Below are positions 54,052-63,140 of a DNA stretch of 64,000 nt, one piece after another. Under the pieces are notes generated by a model. It did not search any database. It had not been told where the DNA came from and saw nothing but the letters and a program-made list of their open reading frames with translations. Both the position numbers and the translations under genes were made by a program. The first letter of the stretch is position 1. Every line of letters begins with the position of its first letter. The stretch lies in the IMG/VR virus record IMGVR_UViG_3300021963_000002, positions 6,686-70,685 of that record, one strand, 5' to 3'. Source of the stretch: a virus.

Positions 54052-55466
54052 CAGATCAGATCGAGCCAGTCGGTTGTGGGCGTTGTAGCAACCGCTGAGA
54101 GCGCAAGAGCGAGTGCCATCACTGAGTCGTCGTGGGCACCATCACCAGCACAGCGATCTCCCGTTTCCAACTGCCGGAACATCAGCATCTCGTGATAAAA
54201 GGGCTCTCTGGGAACGACGAGCTCTTCGCGCTCTAGGAAGTAGGTGATGCGGTCGGTGTTGGAGATCTTGTTGGGCCGGTTGGTGTTGTAGGGCTCGACC
54301 ATGTACTTGGCCAGGGCCTTGGAGAGCACCTCAGAGACCACGGCACCCACCCCGTTCTTCTCACAAATCACCTTGTTGGGCGCGAAGTTCTCCGCCTGCT
54401 CAATGATCTGCTGGATGCAGTAGTCGCTGGACTTGTAGCGGGTGCGGAAGATGTTGACGACTTGGTACGGGGGCCTGGTGATGTCGAGGACGACGGAGCA
54501 CCAGTAGTCGTCTCCTCCTGCTGCAGGGTCGACGGCCATGATGTAGTCGCGGTTCATAAGACCGCACTCGATCAGCTCCCCGTGGCACGCCTTCTCCACC
54601 AGGGGCGGAGGGAAGATCTGGGCGTCGGAGGCGACGAAGTCCATCTCATACTCCTGCCGCCAGGAGCGGTCAGTGAGTTTGGCCTTCGCCTTGGTCTTGG
54701 TTGCCCAGTTGGGGTCGGCTGCGTAGATGGGGATGTCGGAGTAGTGGATGCGGAAACGGTTCCACCCGTCCTCGTCCTCCCCGTGCCAGAGGTTGGCGAA
54801 CATGTTGCCCATGCCGTTGGGCGTGGACAGCAGGATCAGCTTGCCCCGGTCGCCCAGGGTGGCCATCGTCGGCTGCGCTGCTGTGTAGATCTCTTCAGCA
54901 CCGTCAAGGAAGGCGGCCTCATCGAGCACCACCACAGAGACTGACGGGATGCCTCGGGCGGCCCGGGGTGTTGCGGGTAGGAAGTAGATGGTGCCCAGCC
55001 CCTTGAAGGAGAGCTCACTGTTGGATTCAGTGGTGAACTCAATTCCTGAGTCCGCGATGCTGGCGGCCTGAGCTCGGATCCGTTTCCCCAGGGCGCCAGA
55101 GTCAGCAGCGGTCTTGGAGAAGACCACAGCAGCAAAACCCGGTTCCGTTAGGGCTCGACACAACAGGTAGGAGCAGACCGTCTCGGAGGCGCCGACCTGA
55201 CGGCTCTTCAGCACAATCGTGTACTGGCTCTTGCAGATCGAGTCGATGAGCCGCTTCTGAACGTCGAAGGGCACAAACGGCTTGACGCTGCCGGAGGTAC
55301 GGATCCAGGTCAGCGGGGCGAATTGGTCCCAGCGGTCAGCGGTAGGGAAGCGAGGTTTGAAGCCGACGGCGGTGGAAGTGAGGCGTTTCTGCTCCTCTTC
55401 CTTGTCACGCTGCGCTTGTAATTTCTCTAACCTCTCCAACCGGGTTAAGAGCTTGGCGCTGGGCAT
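54051..55466 (-). CDS. terL: Terminase large subunit
   Basis: LKSRQVG (Walker A variant), VVLDEAAF (Walker B), LSTPNG, RQEY, AVDPA, EKNGVG, HDDSVMALALA. Confidence 0.93.
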   Translation of the reverse strand: MPSAKLLTRLERLEKLQAQRDKEEEQKRLTSTAVGFKPRFPTADRWDQFAPLTWIRTSGSVKPFVPFDVQKRLIDSICKSQYTIVLKSRQVGASETVCSYLLCRALTEPGFAAVVFSKTAADSGALGKRIRAQAASIADSGIEFTTESNSELSFKGLGTIYFLPATPRAARGIPSVSVVVLDEAAFLDGAEEIYTAAQPTMATLGDRGKLILLSTPNGMGNMFANLWHGEDEDGWNRFRIHYSDIPIYAADPNWATKTKAKAKLTDRSWRQEYEMDFVASDAQIFPPPLVEKACHGELIECGLMNRDYIMAVDPAAGGDDYWCSVVLDITRPPYQVVNIFRTRYKSSDYCIQQIIEQAENFAPNKVICEKNGVGAVVSEVLSKALAKYMVEPYNTNRPNKISNTDRITYFLEREELVVPREPFYHEMLMFRQLETGDRCAGDGAHDDSVMALALALSAVATTPTTDWLDLI

Positions 55467-55833
55467 TGGCTTCTAGCTGTTCCAGGCGACGCTCAATCGT
55501 CCGCGCTTCGTACTGCTTATGAGCGGAGTCGATGAGGATCTTGATTGCCTGAACTTTAACGCTCACACTAATCTCCGGGTTCTCGTCATCAATGATCTCC
55601 CGGAGCTTCTGAATTGCTTCGGGTAGAGCTTCAGACGTGACGCCGAAGGTGCGATGGAAGATCTCCTGCTGGTATTGCCAGATGGCATCGTTGAATTCTT
55701 CCAGCTGCTTCCAGGCGCGGATGCCTTCTGTGGAACACTTGGCGCGCTTTGCTGCTTCGCGCCAGGTCAAGCCAGCGGCTAGTCCTTGAGCTGCCAGAAC
55801 CTGGCGCTCATTCAATTCCTTGGGTCTTTCCAT
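55405..55833 (-). CDS. terS: Terminase small subunit (HTH)
   Basis: N-terminal HTH (LNERQ..AA..LAAG...EAAK..C...IRAW); immediately upstream of terL. Confidence 0.8.
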   Translation of the reverse strand: MERPKELNERQVLAAQGLAAGLTWREAAKRAKCSTEGIRAWKQLEEFNDAIWQYQQEIFHRTFGVTSEALPEAIQKLREIIDDENPEISVSVKVQAIKILIDSAHKQYEARTIERRLEQLEANAQRQALNPVGEVREITSAA

Positions 55834-56015
55834 TGGTTTGAAAGATTTTGTGCTGCTTCCATGGCCGCCCAGCGCATGCCAGCGGGTTGAACAACGAAGG
55901 CGAGTCGGGCCAGATCCGTGGCGATGGCAAGGAGTTGGTCTCGGTCCATTTTTTCCATGCCCTTCACCAAATTGGCGAAGCGGAGCTGGTCATTGACACT
56001 CGCTTCAATCGTCAT
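55812..56015 (-). CDS. Hypothetical protein
   Basis: Coupled ORF. Confidence 0.55.
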   Translation of the reverse strand: MTIEASVNDQLRFANLVKGMEKMDRDQLLAIATDLARLAFVVQPAGMRWAAMEAAQNLSNQWKDPRN

Positions 56016-56433
56016 CGATAAAGTCCTCAGGACTCATTCCCTCATGCTGTTCAGCAAGGGCAGTACCGAGGCGTGAGATCAGGGTGCGGGTGTAGGGAAA
56101 GGCGGCTGCCTCGTTACCTGCTTTGATGCTCCGCTTGATCATGCGGAACAGTTCTTTGTTCTCGGAGCGGCTGTGTCGGGATTCCTCCAGGCAGGCTCCC
56201 ATGATCTCCTCCATCGTGCTGTAGTCAGCGCGGGCCGCCACCTTGCGGGTGTAGGCGTAGGTGAGAACAGAGGCGAGGCCCCACTCGTCATAACTTCGAA
56301 CTAGATCACCGTCCTCGTCAATCTCCTCAAACTGTCGAGCTAGAGGGTGGACATACGCTGAAGGGATCAGCGCGAGCGGTACAGCGCAATCTGTGGTGTA
56401 TTCCACGAGGGTAGGAGTACCTGCCCTATTCAA
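56005..56433 (-). CDS. Hypothetical protein
   Basis: ORF with good codon usage; start uncertain. Confidence 0.6.
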   Translation of the reverse strand: MNRAGTPTLVEYTTDCAVPLALIPSAYVHPLARQFEEIDEDGDLVRSYDEWGLASVLTYAYTRKVAARADYSTMEEIMGACLEESRHSRSENKELFRMIKRSIKAGNEAAAFPYTRTLISRLGTALAEQHEGMSPEDFIDDD

Positions 56434-56439
56434 GCGTGG

Positions 56440-56604
56440 TTATAGCGTGCACGAATCGTCGGTGATACGGCGAATACGGTAGGGGAGGTCTTTGCTGATG
56501 AAGTTGTTGTTCGCGTGCTGCACTTCTGCATCTGTGATGGCCAGGATCTTGTAGAGGCTCCCGGCGGGCTCGGTGAGCTTGATCATCACGGCTGGTGCAG
56601 TCAT
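56440..56604 (-). CDS. Small hypothetical protein (54 aa)
   Basis: ATG ORF filling gap, GC3-rich. Confidence 0.5.
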   Translation of the reverse strand: MTAPAVMIKLTEPAGSLYKILAITDAEVQHANNNFISKDLPYRIRRITDDSCTL

Positions 56605-56865
56605 TTTGCGATCTTCGGCGATCCCAAAATTAGCTGCTTTCAGCTCAGAAAGTCTTAAGGGAAAACCTAGTCCTCCCAGTCGTTGTCGTACACCGCGACG
56701 TGCTTGTACTGGCTTGTTTTAGGTGGCTGCTTGGGCGGCTTCGGGATCCGGACTACGCGGAATCCGAATAAACGGCAGATATTAGAAAGGCGAGTAAAAA
56801 GCGCTTCCACGTCACCTCCGGTTTTATCTAGTTTCACACAGTCGGTGGACCTGCTGCAGAAACGC

Positions 56866-56903
56866 AAAAGCCGGGGTAGGGGGACCTACACCCGGCCTAT
56901 TTT
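56866..56903 (-). terminator. Intrinsic terminator ending the early-gene operon (possibly bidirectional)
   Basis: GCCGGGTGTAG-loop-CTACCCCGGC-TTTT on minus strand; T-run also on plus side. Confidence 0.65.
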
Positions 56904-56917
56904 ACGTGGAACCTTCA

Positions 56918-57175
56918 CTATCTCTTTCGGTTTCGGTACATTGTGAGCGCACCGAAGAAGAAGCTCGCCAGGTGCTTCATACCCGAGGGGGATTGGCGTT
57001 CGAGCTTGGCCAGTCCTTGAACGAGGCGGATCCTCTGATCAAGGTGAAGCCTCACCCTCAAGCTTGTATCCCCACTCCTTGGCAACAGCCTCGGCGTCAT
57101 CCATGCGGGCCTCATCGAGGAGCTGAATGACGCGCTCGCTGCACCACATTGTGTTGAGATCTTCGAGAGATACAA
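56918..57175 (-). CDS. Hypothetical protein
   Basis: ORF in early operon; start uncertain. Confidence 0.45.
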   Translation of the reverse strand: MYLSKISTQCGAASASFSSSMRPAWMTPRLLPRSGDTSLRVRLHLDQRIRLVQGLAKLERQSPSGMKHLASFFFGALTMYRNRKR

Positions 57176-57191
57176 CCCTGTACATCTAGCG

Positions 57192-57392
57192 CTATTTCGC
57201 TAGCTCCACTGTAGAGGTTGTGCTGCTGACTTCTTCTTCCTCTTGCGGTTCGGTGCTCTGGACATCCATGCGGGTGGATGCCGAAACAAGGCTGTCTGCG
57301 ATTGCACAACCAGCGTCGAGAATGTCAACAGCCTTGGGTTTGAGGGCTTCTAGGAAGAAGCTCACAAACATTGCGCGGTTTCGAAGTGTCAT
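57192..57392 (-). CDS. Hypothetical protein
   Basis: ATGA-coupled. Confidence 0.55.
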   Translation of the reverse strand: MTLRNRAMFVSFFLEALKPKAVDILDAGCAIADSLVSASTRMDVQSTEPQEEEEVSSTTSTVELAK

Positions 57393-57562
57393 TCGTCCTC
57401 CATGTCCAGGACGGTTTCTAGAGCGCGGATGTATCCGTCCCAGTAGGTCCGGGTGTAGTGCTCGCGCTCTGTCGTCTGGCTGCTGATGCTGTGGGCGTAT
57501 TCGAGGAGGCGGATGAGAGCGGGGCGGGAGACGTCGATGGGGAGTTCTTGGGTGATGGCCAT
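57389..57562 (-). CDS. Small hypothetical protein (YWDGYIRAL family)
   Basis: 57-aa ATG ORF below ORF-track cutoff, ATGA overlap with next gene. Confidence 0.6.
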   Translation of the reverse strand: MAITQELPIDVSRPALIRLLEYAHSISSQTTEREHYTRTYWDGYIRALETVLDMEDE

Positions 57563-57670
57563 TGGTTCAGTACAGGTGTGCCGTCGGAATAGATCTGGTG
57601 CGCCCAGAAGCGGGTCATGGCGCCAGGAAGCATGCGGAATACTTTCTTGCGCTGAGCTCGGGAGGGCATA

Positions 57671-58021
57671 TCAGGCGTGCGCCTTCACAAAGGCGTCGAT
57701 GAATCGCTGCACGTCGAAGGTTTCTTCGTGGTGCTCGCTGTACAGCGCGATGGCGTTGTCGAGTGCAGCTTTGGATTGTTTGATCCGGGCGGCCTGCTCC
57801 GGGAACTCCTGATCGAGCTCCAAGAGGCAAGCGCTCAGGTCTTGCATCATCCACTTCGCTTGATCTGGGGTGTCTGCGTTCATGGGAACAAGCAGGCTCA
57901 CCTTGATCGAGCGGCAACCCTCAGGGTCCAGGCCGAAGCGGACCATGAACTGGGCCAGAGGGTCGTTGCTCAGATCCTCGTCAGCAATCGTGACGAGGCA
58001 GTCGTGCATCATCTTGGTCAT
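57671..58021 (-). CDS. Hypothetical early protein
   Basis: CTCTCTCACC leader directly before ATG. Confidence 0.7.
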   Translation of the reverse strand: MTKMMHDCLVTIADEDLSNDPLAQFMVRFGLDPEGCRSIKVSLLVPMNADTPDQAKWMMQDLSACLLELDQEFPEQAARIKQSKAALDNAIALYSEHHEETFDVQRFIDAFVKAHA

Positions 58022-58243
58022 GGTGAGAGAGGAAAGAGGAAAAGGGGCTGGTCTTACGGTTGAGCTCTTGCATCCGGCCGGAGTCCACTAACAGAGGCTG
58101 GAATCACCGGATGTCCTCGACGGGACCCGTTGGCTTCAGGGAGAGGCTTGTCGTACCCACCGCCTAACCCGGGCAGTGGCAAGCATCACCAGGGAGAGCT
58201 AGGGGGCCATGCAGTGAGCCCCCATCCACCCGCCAGCTAGAGA

Positions 58244-59383
58244 TCAGACCAGGGAGAGACAGGCTTCCCGGGCCTTGGCGATGCGCTCGGCACCTTGGCC
58301 GCCCCACAGACTTTCAAGGCGGGTGCGGGCACGCTCGACTTCGTCCTTGGTGCGGCCGGCGTCATGGGTTTCGTACTGGCTGATGGCCTGGAACATGCCC
58401 CAGACAGTGCCGCGCTCGACGCCGAAACCGGTCTCGCCGCTGTAGTGGGAGCGGATGGTTGCGATCTGCGGGAGATCCGAGAGTTTTCGCTCCCGCTTTG
58501 TCTTCGTGTCCTTGTCCGTAATAGGACGGGCGAGGACGTCGGAATAGGTGGTTTCGAGGATGTACCGAGCAGCGTCAGGGCTGAGGGTCAGGGTGGTCAG
58601 AGGCTTGAGGGCCTCTAGATCGCGGCTGAACTTCTGCTGCTCCAGGTTGATCAGGGCAGGAAGGGAGGCGGCGAACTGCTCCACGCTCTTGGTGTGGCGC
58701 ATCACCAGACCAGCACCGGCGTCCTGAGCCTTGCGCGCTCCCCGGCTGCAGAGGTAACGGAGTTGATTGGCGCAGACCAGGCGGACGTCAGAGAAGAAGA
58801 CACCGAAGGCGCTGGAGCCGTCGAAGCTGTTGAAGGCGTGGATGTAGCGGCGGATCTTGTCGCCCTCCGTGACCTCACCTTCGATGTCGCAGGAGGCGGT
58901 GATGAAGACCTTGCGGCCGTCGCGGATGCTGACGATGTTGTCGATCTCCACGTCCTCGCGGAGGTACTCGAACAACTGGATCAGGCTGTCGTTCTGGACT
59001 GGGGTGTAGCCCTTGCCCATGATCCCCAGCAGGGCGCCGGTGTCGCAGCGGGTGATGGCGCAGTGGTCAGGCGACTCATCCATGGTGCGGTCCTGGATGG
59101 TGTCGGGGGTGCCGAAGAAGACGGGGGTCTGCGCGACTCGGAAGTCAGCTCCGGCCATGGCGAATGCCTGGCGGGGAGTGGCGGTCTTGGGCACCACAGT
59201 GCCGCCGGCCTGGGCTGCGATGGGGTTCACTTGATAGCCACGGTCTTGGAAGCGCCCGGGCTTGAGGATCTGCTTCTCCCGGGCAAACTCCTGAGAGACG
59301 GCGTTGTTGATCTGGGTGCGGAACTGCATGTCCGACATGGCCAGAGCTTGAGCGGTGTCGGTGTGGACGGGGGTGGCGGTCAT
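58244..59383 (-). CDS. DUF932/DUF945-family phage/plasmid protein
   Basis: AG.DF.V, R.DT...LG..G..Y.PVQN, GRKVF, NSFDGS, RLVC.NQ, RHT, T.WG.FQA...Y.TH. Confidence 0.88.
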   Translation of the reverse strand: MTATPVHTDTAQALAMSDMQFRTQINNAVSQEFAREKQILKPGRFQDRGYQVNPIAAQAGGTVVPKTATPRQAFAMAGADFRVAQTPVFFGTPDTIQDRTMDESPDHCAITRCDTGALLGIMGKGYTPVQNDSLIQLFEYLREDVEIDNIVSIRDGRKVFITASCDIEGEVTEGDKIRRYIHAFNSFDGSSAFGVFFSDVRLVCANQLRYLCSRGARKAQDAGAGLVMRHTKSVEQFAASLPALINLEQQKFSRDLEALKPLTTLTLSPDAARYILETTYSDVLARPITDKDTKTKRERKLSDLPQIATIRSHYSGETGFGVERGTVWGMFQAISQYETHDAGRTKDEVERARTRLESLWGGQGAERIAKAREACLSLV

Positions 59384-59553
59384 GGTGACGGGGTGGTTGG
59401 TGAGAGAGGAAGGAAGCGGTTGAGCCGCTGTACAAAACAGGATACGTCGGCTGTCCAGATAAAACAGGACAGATAAGCGATCCTGATGCGGTCGTGGTAG
59501 TTTGTGTCTGCACCACCCGTCCGCTTCGACGCGGGTGGATGGTGAGAGAGACC

Positions 59554-59581
59554 GCCCCGGGGTGAGAGCCGGGGCTTTTTT
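59554..59581 (+). terminator. GC hairpin plus T-run
   Basis: GCCCCGG-GGTGAGAG-CCGGGGC-TTTTTT. Confidence 0.55.
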
Positions 59582-59584
59582 GTG

Positions 59585-59740
59585 TCAGGCCGCCGCCGGG
59601 AGGCGAACCTCCAGCGGGTGGCCGTCATCTGTCGGGATGGTCAGATCGGTCTGACCGTTGGGCTTGGTCGTGACGATTAGGTATCGGCCACCAGGCAGCT
59701 CAATGCGAGCCACCTGCCCAGCCGGGATGTCCAGCCACAT
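59585..59740 (-). CDS. Small hypothetical protein (51 aa)
   Basis: ATG ORF following 59744..59941. Confidence 0.5.
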   Translation of the reverse strand: MWLDIPAGQVARIELPGGRYLIVTTKPNGQTDLTIPTDDGHPLEVRLPAAA

Positions 59741-59743
59741 GGC

Positions 59744-59941
59744 TCAGAACTCGTAGTAGAAGGCGGCCTCCCAGGAGTCGAAGGGAGGGCTGGTTTCAAG
59801 CCGGCGCATCTTCAGTGCCTCCCAGTAGGGGAAGCAGCGGCTGATCTCGCCGACGGTCTTGGTGGCCAGGGTTGCGGAGTCGAACACCAGGCCGGGAGTC
59901 GCGATGGCTCCGTTGGTGAAGCGGACTTTGCGGAAGGTCAT
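59744..59941 (-). CDS. Hypothetical protein
   Basis: Closely spaced ORF. Confidence 0.55.
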   Translation of the reverse strand: MTFRKVRFTNGAIATPGLVFDSATLATKTVGEISRCFPYWEALKMRRLETSPPFDSWEAAFYYEF

Positions 59942-59944
59942 CGC

Positions 59945-60175
59945 TCAGCGCACGGAGAAGTAGAGGCGGTTCTCCTTGCGGACCTTGCCGCGTTGGATCA
60001 GTCGCTCCAGGAGGCCGTAGCTGAACCACTGGCGGCTGTCGTTGTACCCGATGGCTTTGCCGACATCAGCGTTCCGGACACCGGAGGGGTTGCAATCCAG
60101 GAAGTCGATGATGTGGCGCTCCAGCGTGTAGGCGTCCAGGAGCGGCTTAGTGGGGAAGGTGACGGGCTTGGTCAT
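59945..60175 (-). CDS. Winged-helix DNA-binding protein
   Basis: IIDFL...GVRNADVGKAIG...LLERLIQRGKVRK...Y. Confidence 0.65.
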   Translation of the reverse strand: MTKPVTFPTKPLLDAYTLERHIIDFLDCNPSGVRNADVGKAIGYNDSRQWFSYGLLERLIQRGKVRKENRLYFSVR

Positions 60176-60253
60176 GGTGAGAGTTTTGGTGAGAGAGGGG
60201 GAGGTGAGTCCCCAAGAGAGCCCCGTAGGGCTCCGTTGGAGATTCAGTTGTGG

Positions 60254-60418
60254 TTACTTGGGTGCTAGGCCGGTTTCGATCAGGTAGGCAGCGAGGTTCG
60301 AAACACTGCGGCCTTCATCGTCGGAGCGGACGACAAGTTGGGAATAAACACCCCCGGGGAGAGTGATCGTGAGCCGGGTGGAGGTTTTGCGGTTGGGAAC
60401 GTCTTTGATGGAGTACAT
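60254..60418 (-). CDS. Ribbon-helix-helix (Arc/CopG-like) regulator
   Basis: RLTITLP..VY..L..RS..EGRSVSNLAAYLIE. Confidence 0.8.
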   Translation of the reverse strand: MYSIKDVPNRKTSTRLTITLPGGVYSQLVVRSDDEGRSVSNLAAYLIETGLAPK

Positions 60419-60423
60419 ATCAG

Positions 60424-60777
60424 TTAGAGCTTTTGAAGAGTGACTCGGCCGATCCCATCGGTTGGGACGCCAAGGGCTTTGGCAGCGGCGTAGGAAAGGT
60501 CGATGCCACAAGCGCACCTGTCGTTCACACGCACCGGCACTTCTCTGCCTCTGTGGCGGATCAGGAGCTTTGTGCCGCAGGGGTAATGCGGATGAGCTGC
60601 TGAGATCACGGAGTCCTTGTACACATCGCCGCAGGCGGTTCTGCGGCCGATGTACCAGGGGTGGTAAACAGTTGCCGTGGTTGTGGTTGTGTGCCCACCG
60701 GTGTGGTGAGCCATGGACGGCGACGCTGTTGCCACGGTGAGAAGTGACAGAACGCAGTTACGAAGAAAAGTCATCAA
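60424..60777 (-). CDS. Secreted RlpA-like (DPBB) lytic transglycosylase
   Basis: Signal peptide; AT.Y...Y.GRRTACG, SAAH...PCGT, VRVNDR, IDLSYAAAKALG. Confidence 0.85.
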   Translation of the reverse strand: MMTFLRNCVLSLLTVATASPSMAHHTGGHTTTTTATVYHPWYIGRRTACGDVYKDSVISAAHPHYPCGTKLLIRHRGREVPVRVNDRCACGIDLSYAAAKALGVPTDGIGRVTLQKL

Positions 60778-60790
60778 TCAGTTGCAGGGA

Positions 60791-61126
60791 TCAGGCAACA
60801 GGACTCGCAGGTACACCAAGGAGAGAGTCAGAATCGCGAGGCTGTTGATTGGGCGATGGCCGGTTGATGCGGTCGTAGGAGCGGATAGGTGAACGCCGGT
60901 TGGAGTACCGGTCTTCGATCTCCACTTCAATGCCCTGGGCAGCACACATTTCCAGAAAGAATGGGGCGTCGCAGTCTTCTTCGAGGTAGAGAGACTTGCC
61001 CTGTTCGTAGGAGTACTCGGAGATGCAAGTAAGCGTTCCGACTACTTCTTCCACTATTGCGCGTTTGACTACGAGCCAGGCGTGACCCGGGTCGTGGCGC
61101 ATGATCAGCTTGAGAGGTTTGTTCAT
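60791..61126 (-). CDS. Conserved phage protein (DPGHAWL...YLEEDCD family)
   Basis: Motifs HDPGHAWL, IS.YSY, YLEEDCDA. Confidence 0.7.
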   Translation of the reverse strand: MNKPLKLIMRHDPGHAWLVVKRAIVEEVVGTLTCISEYSYEQGKSLYLEEDCDAPFFLEMCAAQGIEVEIEDRYSNRRSPIRSYDRINRPSPNQQPRDSDSLLGVPASPVA

Positions 61127-61371
61127 TCGGTGGGGTCGAAGTTGACGATCTTGTCGAGGGCGTCGATGGCTTCTTCGAGGTATTCATCGAAGGGGTGGCC
61201 CATCGCATCCATCTGGTGGAGCTCTTTGTCGTGGTACTGAAGCTCTAGGAGCTCGCGGTAGATCCGCTCGATCTGGGCAAAAGGCCCCAGTCCGTAGCGG
61301 TTCTCGCGATCCTTCATCCGGTTGAGGATCTCGATGTTGCGATCCCTGGGTTTCATGTCGAGGAGGTTCAT
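61123..61371 (-). CDS. Hypothetical protein
   Basis: ATGA-coupled. Confidence 0.6.
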   Translation of the reverse strand: MNLLDMKPRDRNIEILNRMKDRENRYGLGPFAQIERIYRELLELQYHDKELHQMDAMGHPFDEYLEEAIDALDKIVNFDPTE

Positions 61372-61530
61372 GGTGTTATTGGCCAGAGGGCTTTTGGTTG
61401 AGCGACTCGGAGGATGTTGGTCTTCGTTGTCGGAGAATCAGTGACGAATAGGTGACCAGTACAGGAATCGGCCACAACAAAGAAACAGCGGTTCGTAACA
61501 GTCGCGCATGTACGAGCGCGGTACTCAAGA

Positions 61531-61671
61531 TCATCGAGAGACATAAGTCGGAGAGTGAGGGTTGAACAGTTGGTGAGTGCTCGGCCAAGGTGTTGCGGCC
61601 ATCACGGACGTGCAAAACATGATCACCGAAACCGTGAGAAGCCGCTCCAGGAAAGAGATCTGGGAGTTCAT
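61531..61671 (-). CDS. Small hydrophobic protein (46 aa)
   Basis: ATG two bases after previous stop; TM/signal-like segment. Confidence 0.45.
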   Translation of the reverse strand: MNSQISFLERLLTVSVIMFCTSVMAATPWPSTHQLFNPHSPTYVSR

Positions 61672-61673
61672 GC

Positions 61674-62081
61674 TCAGTCCTCCTCAGCGGCGAGGCCGGT
61701 CGCTTTGACCGTCAGGTAGACAGACTCACTGGCTGTAGCGATGCCGTCTTCCTGTTCTTTGCGTTGGGCGTGCTTGATGCGCTCGGCTTCGCGGCGGAGT
61801 TCGTCGCTGTAGCGCCAGACCTTGCGGCGGCAGACAACAACCTGCTTGTCGTCGAGCTGGGCAGCCTGAATGTCGCGGCTGTCCATGTAGGTGAGCAGTT
61901 GAGCCTGGAGCGCTTTGATGTCGCTCTCCATCTGGCCGTACTGCTCTTTGAGGTTCAGATAGATCTGGAGCTGGCGCTCATAGATCTCTTCATTCCAGGT
62001 TTCGGCGGTCATCTGACGCGAAGCAGTGGTGGAGAACTTGATGCGTTGCTTGGGGCGATTGCGTGTGGTGGTGAGAGTCAT
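61674..62081 (-). CDS. Coiled-coil hypothetical protein
   Basis: CTCTCTCACC leader before ATG 62081; W.YS....EQEDGIA pattern. Confidence 0.7.
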   Translation of the reverse strand: MTLTTTRNRPKQRIKFSTTASRQMTAETWNEEIYERQLQIYLNLKEQYGQMESDIKALQAQLLTYMDSRDIQAAQLDDKQVVVCRRKVWRYSDELRREAERIKHAQRKEQEDGIATASESVYLTVKATGLAAEED

Positions 62082-62140
62082 GGTGAGAGAGTTGATGTGT
62101 TGTTTCCGCGTGTGGGATGCGCGGCCCCCATAGATAGAAA

Positions 62141-62536
62141 TCAGCTGAGGTAGATGTAACTCCACCCTTTGCGTAAGTCGTAGATGTAGAGGACTTCGCA
62201 GCCCCACTCCCGCCATTCTTTGCAGGCTGTCTGAATGTTTTCTGACTGCACTGGTCTGTTGTCTTCTTGCTCATATCCAGGTCTGTCTCTGTAGTAGAGG
62301 GGTTTGTACTCAGAAAGTGGCTCATCAACTACTTCTCTTCCCTCTGAGTCCCACTTCGTGGTTGTTCTCAGGCTTGACATGTGCCCTCCTGCGATTAACC
62401 TGCGTGCCCTATGGGCGTTGCCGTAGAACTCTTTAAGGTTTGGCAGCTGGTGTCCCGGGTAGCCATCCCAGTGGCAGTAGACACCAGTCAGAGAGCGGTC
62501 TTTGTTTGCGATGCAGATAGCGGAGCGGGTTGCCAT
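62141..62536 (-). CDS. Conserved phage protein (MATRS.I...YCHWDGYP family)
   Basis: Signature YCHWDGYP, G.MSSL; CTCTCTCACC leader. Confidence 0.75.
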   Translation of the reverse strand: MATRSAICIANKDRSLTGVYCHWDGYPGHQLPNLKEFYGNAHRARRLIAGGHMSSLRTTTKWDSEGREVVDEPLSEYKPLYYRDRPGYEQEDNRPVQSENIQTACKEWREWGCEVLYIYDLRKGWSYIYLS

Positions 62537-62553
62537 GGTGAGAGAGGTAAGGG

Positions 62554-62907
62554 TTAGCGAAGAGCCCAGGCGCGGCGCTCAGTGAGTACTACTTGCCGGG
62601 ACTGAGTGAACTCGGTGTAGTCATCACGCCAAACAAAGGTGTCGTGAATCATTGGCGCGTAGGACAGCTGTTTGTGATGAGGTGTTAGATCAAACAAGCC
62701 GGTCTCTACTTCGCCTTCTAGGTAGGCGTGCACATACTTCTTGCCTTCGCGGCGGGTGCGTTCTTGCCCGTGTTTGTGAATTACAGGGCGGACGTTGTTG
62801 AGGGCTAAGCAGTTGGTGTGAGTGCAGAGCCTCCAACCTTTGCCAGGCTCACGCTTGAGAACACTCCAGCACTTCTTGTGCAGGTTGAAGTACACGCGGA
62901 TAGTCAT
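62554..62907 (-). CDS. Conserved phage protein (VYFNLHKKCWS...K.VHAY family)
   Basis: Signature motifs. Confidence 0.7.
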   Translation of the reverse strand: MTIRVYFNLHKKCWSVLKREPGKGWRLCTHTNCLALNNVRPVIHKHGQERTRREGKKYVHAYLEGEVETGLFDLTPHHKQLSYAPMIHDTFVWRDDYTEFTQSRQVVLTERRAWALR

Positions 62908-63140
62908 GGTTGAGTGATGGTGATGTTTGTGGTTTCGCAGATACGCAATCCAGCCCAGTCAGGGTCGCTATGTTTCTTGACCCAACGACACCAGCGGCGG
63001 TTATTGGATACAACAAACCAGTCCGTGTCTGTCTCTTGCTCGATGGTTACAACGGGTTCGTTGTCCATCACATTGGCAAGACGGTTCCTTGCTTTCTTGC
63101 TTTGAGGAATCAGCCAGAGTTGATTGGTCATTGCCCACAT
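62904..63140 (-). CDS. Hypothetical protein
   Basis: P.SKKARNR.AN.M...WV....DPDW pattern. Confidence 0.6.
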   Translation of the reverse strand: MWAMTNQLWLIPQSKKARNRLANVMDNEPVVTIEQETDTDWFVVSNNRRWCRWVKKHSDPDWAGLRICETTNITITQP

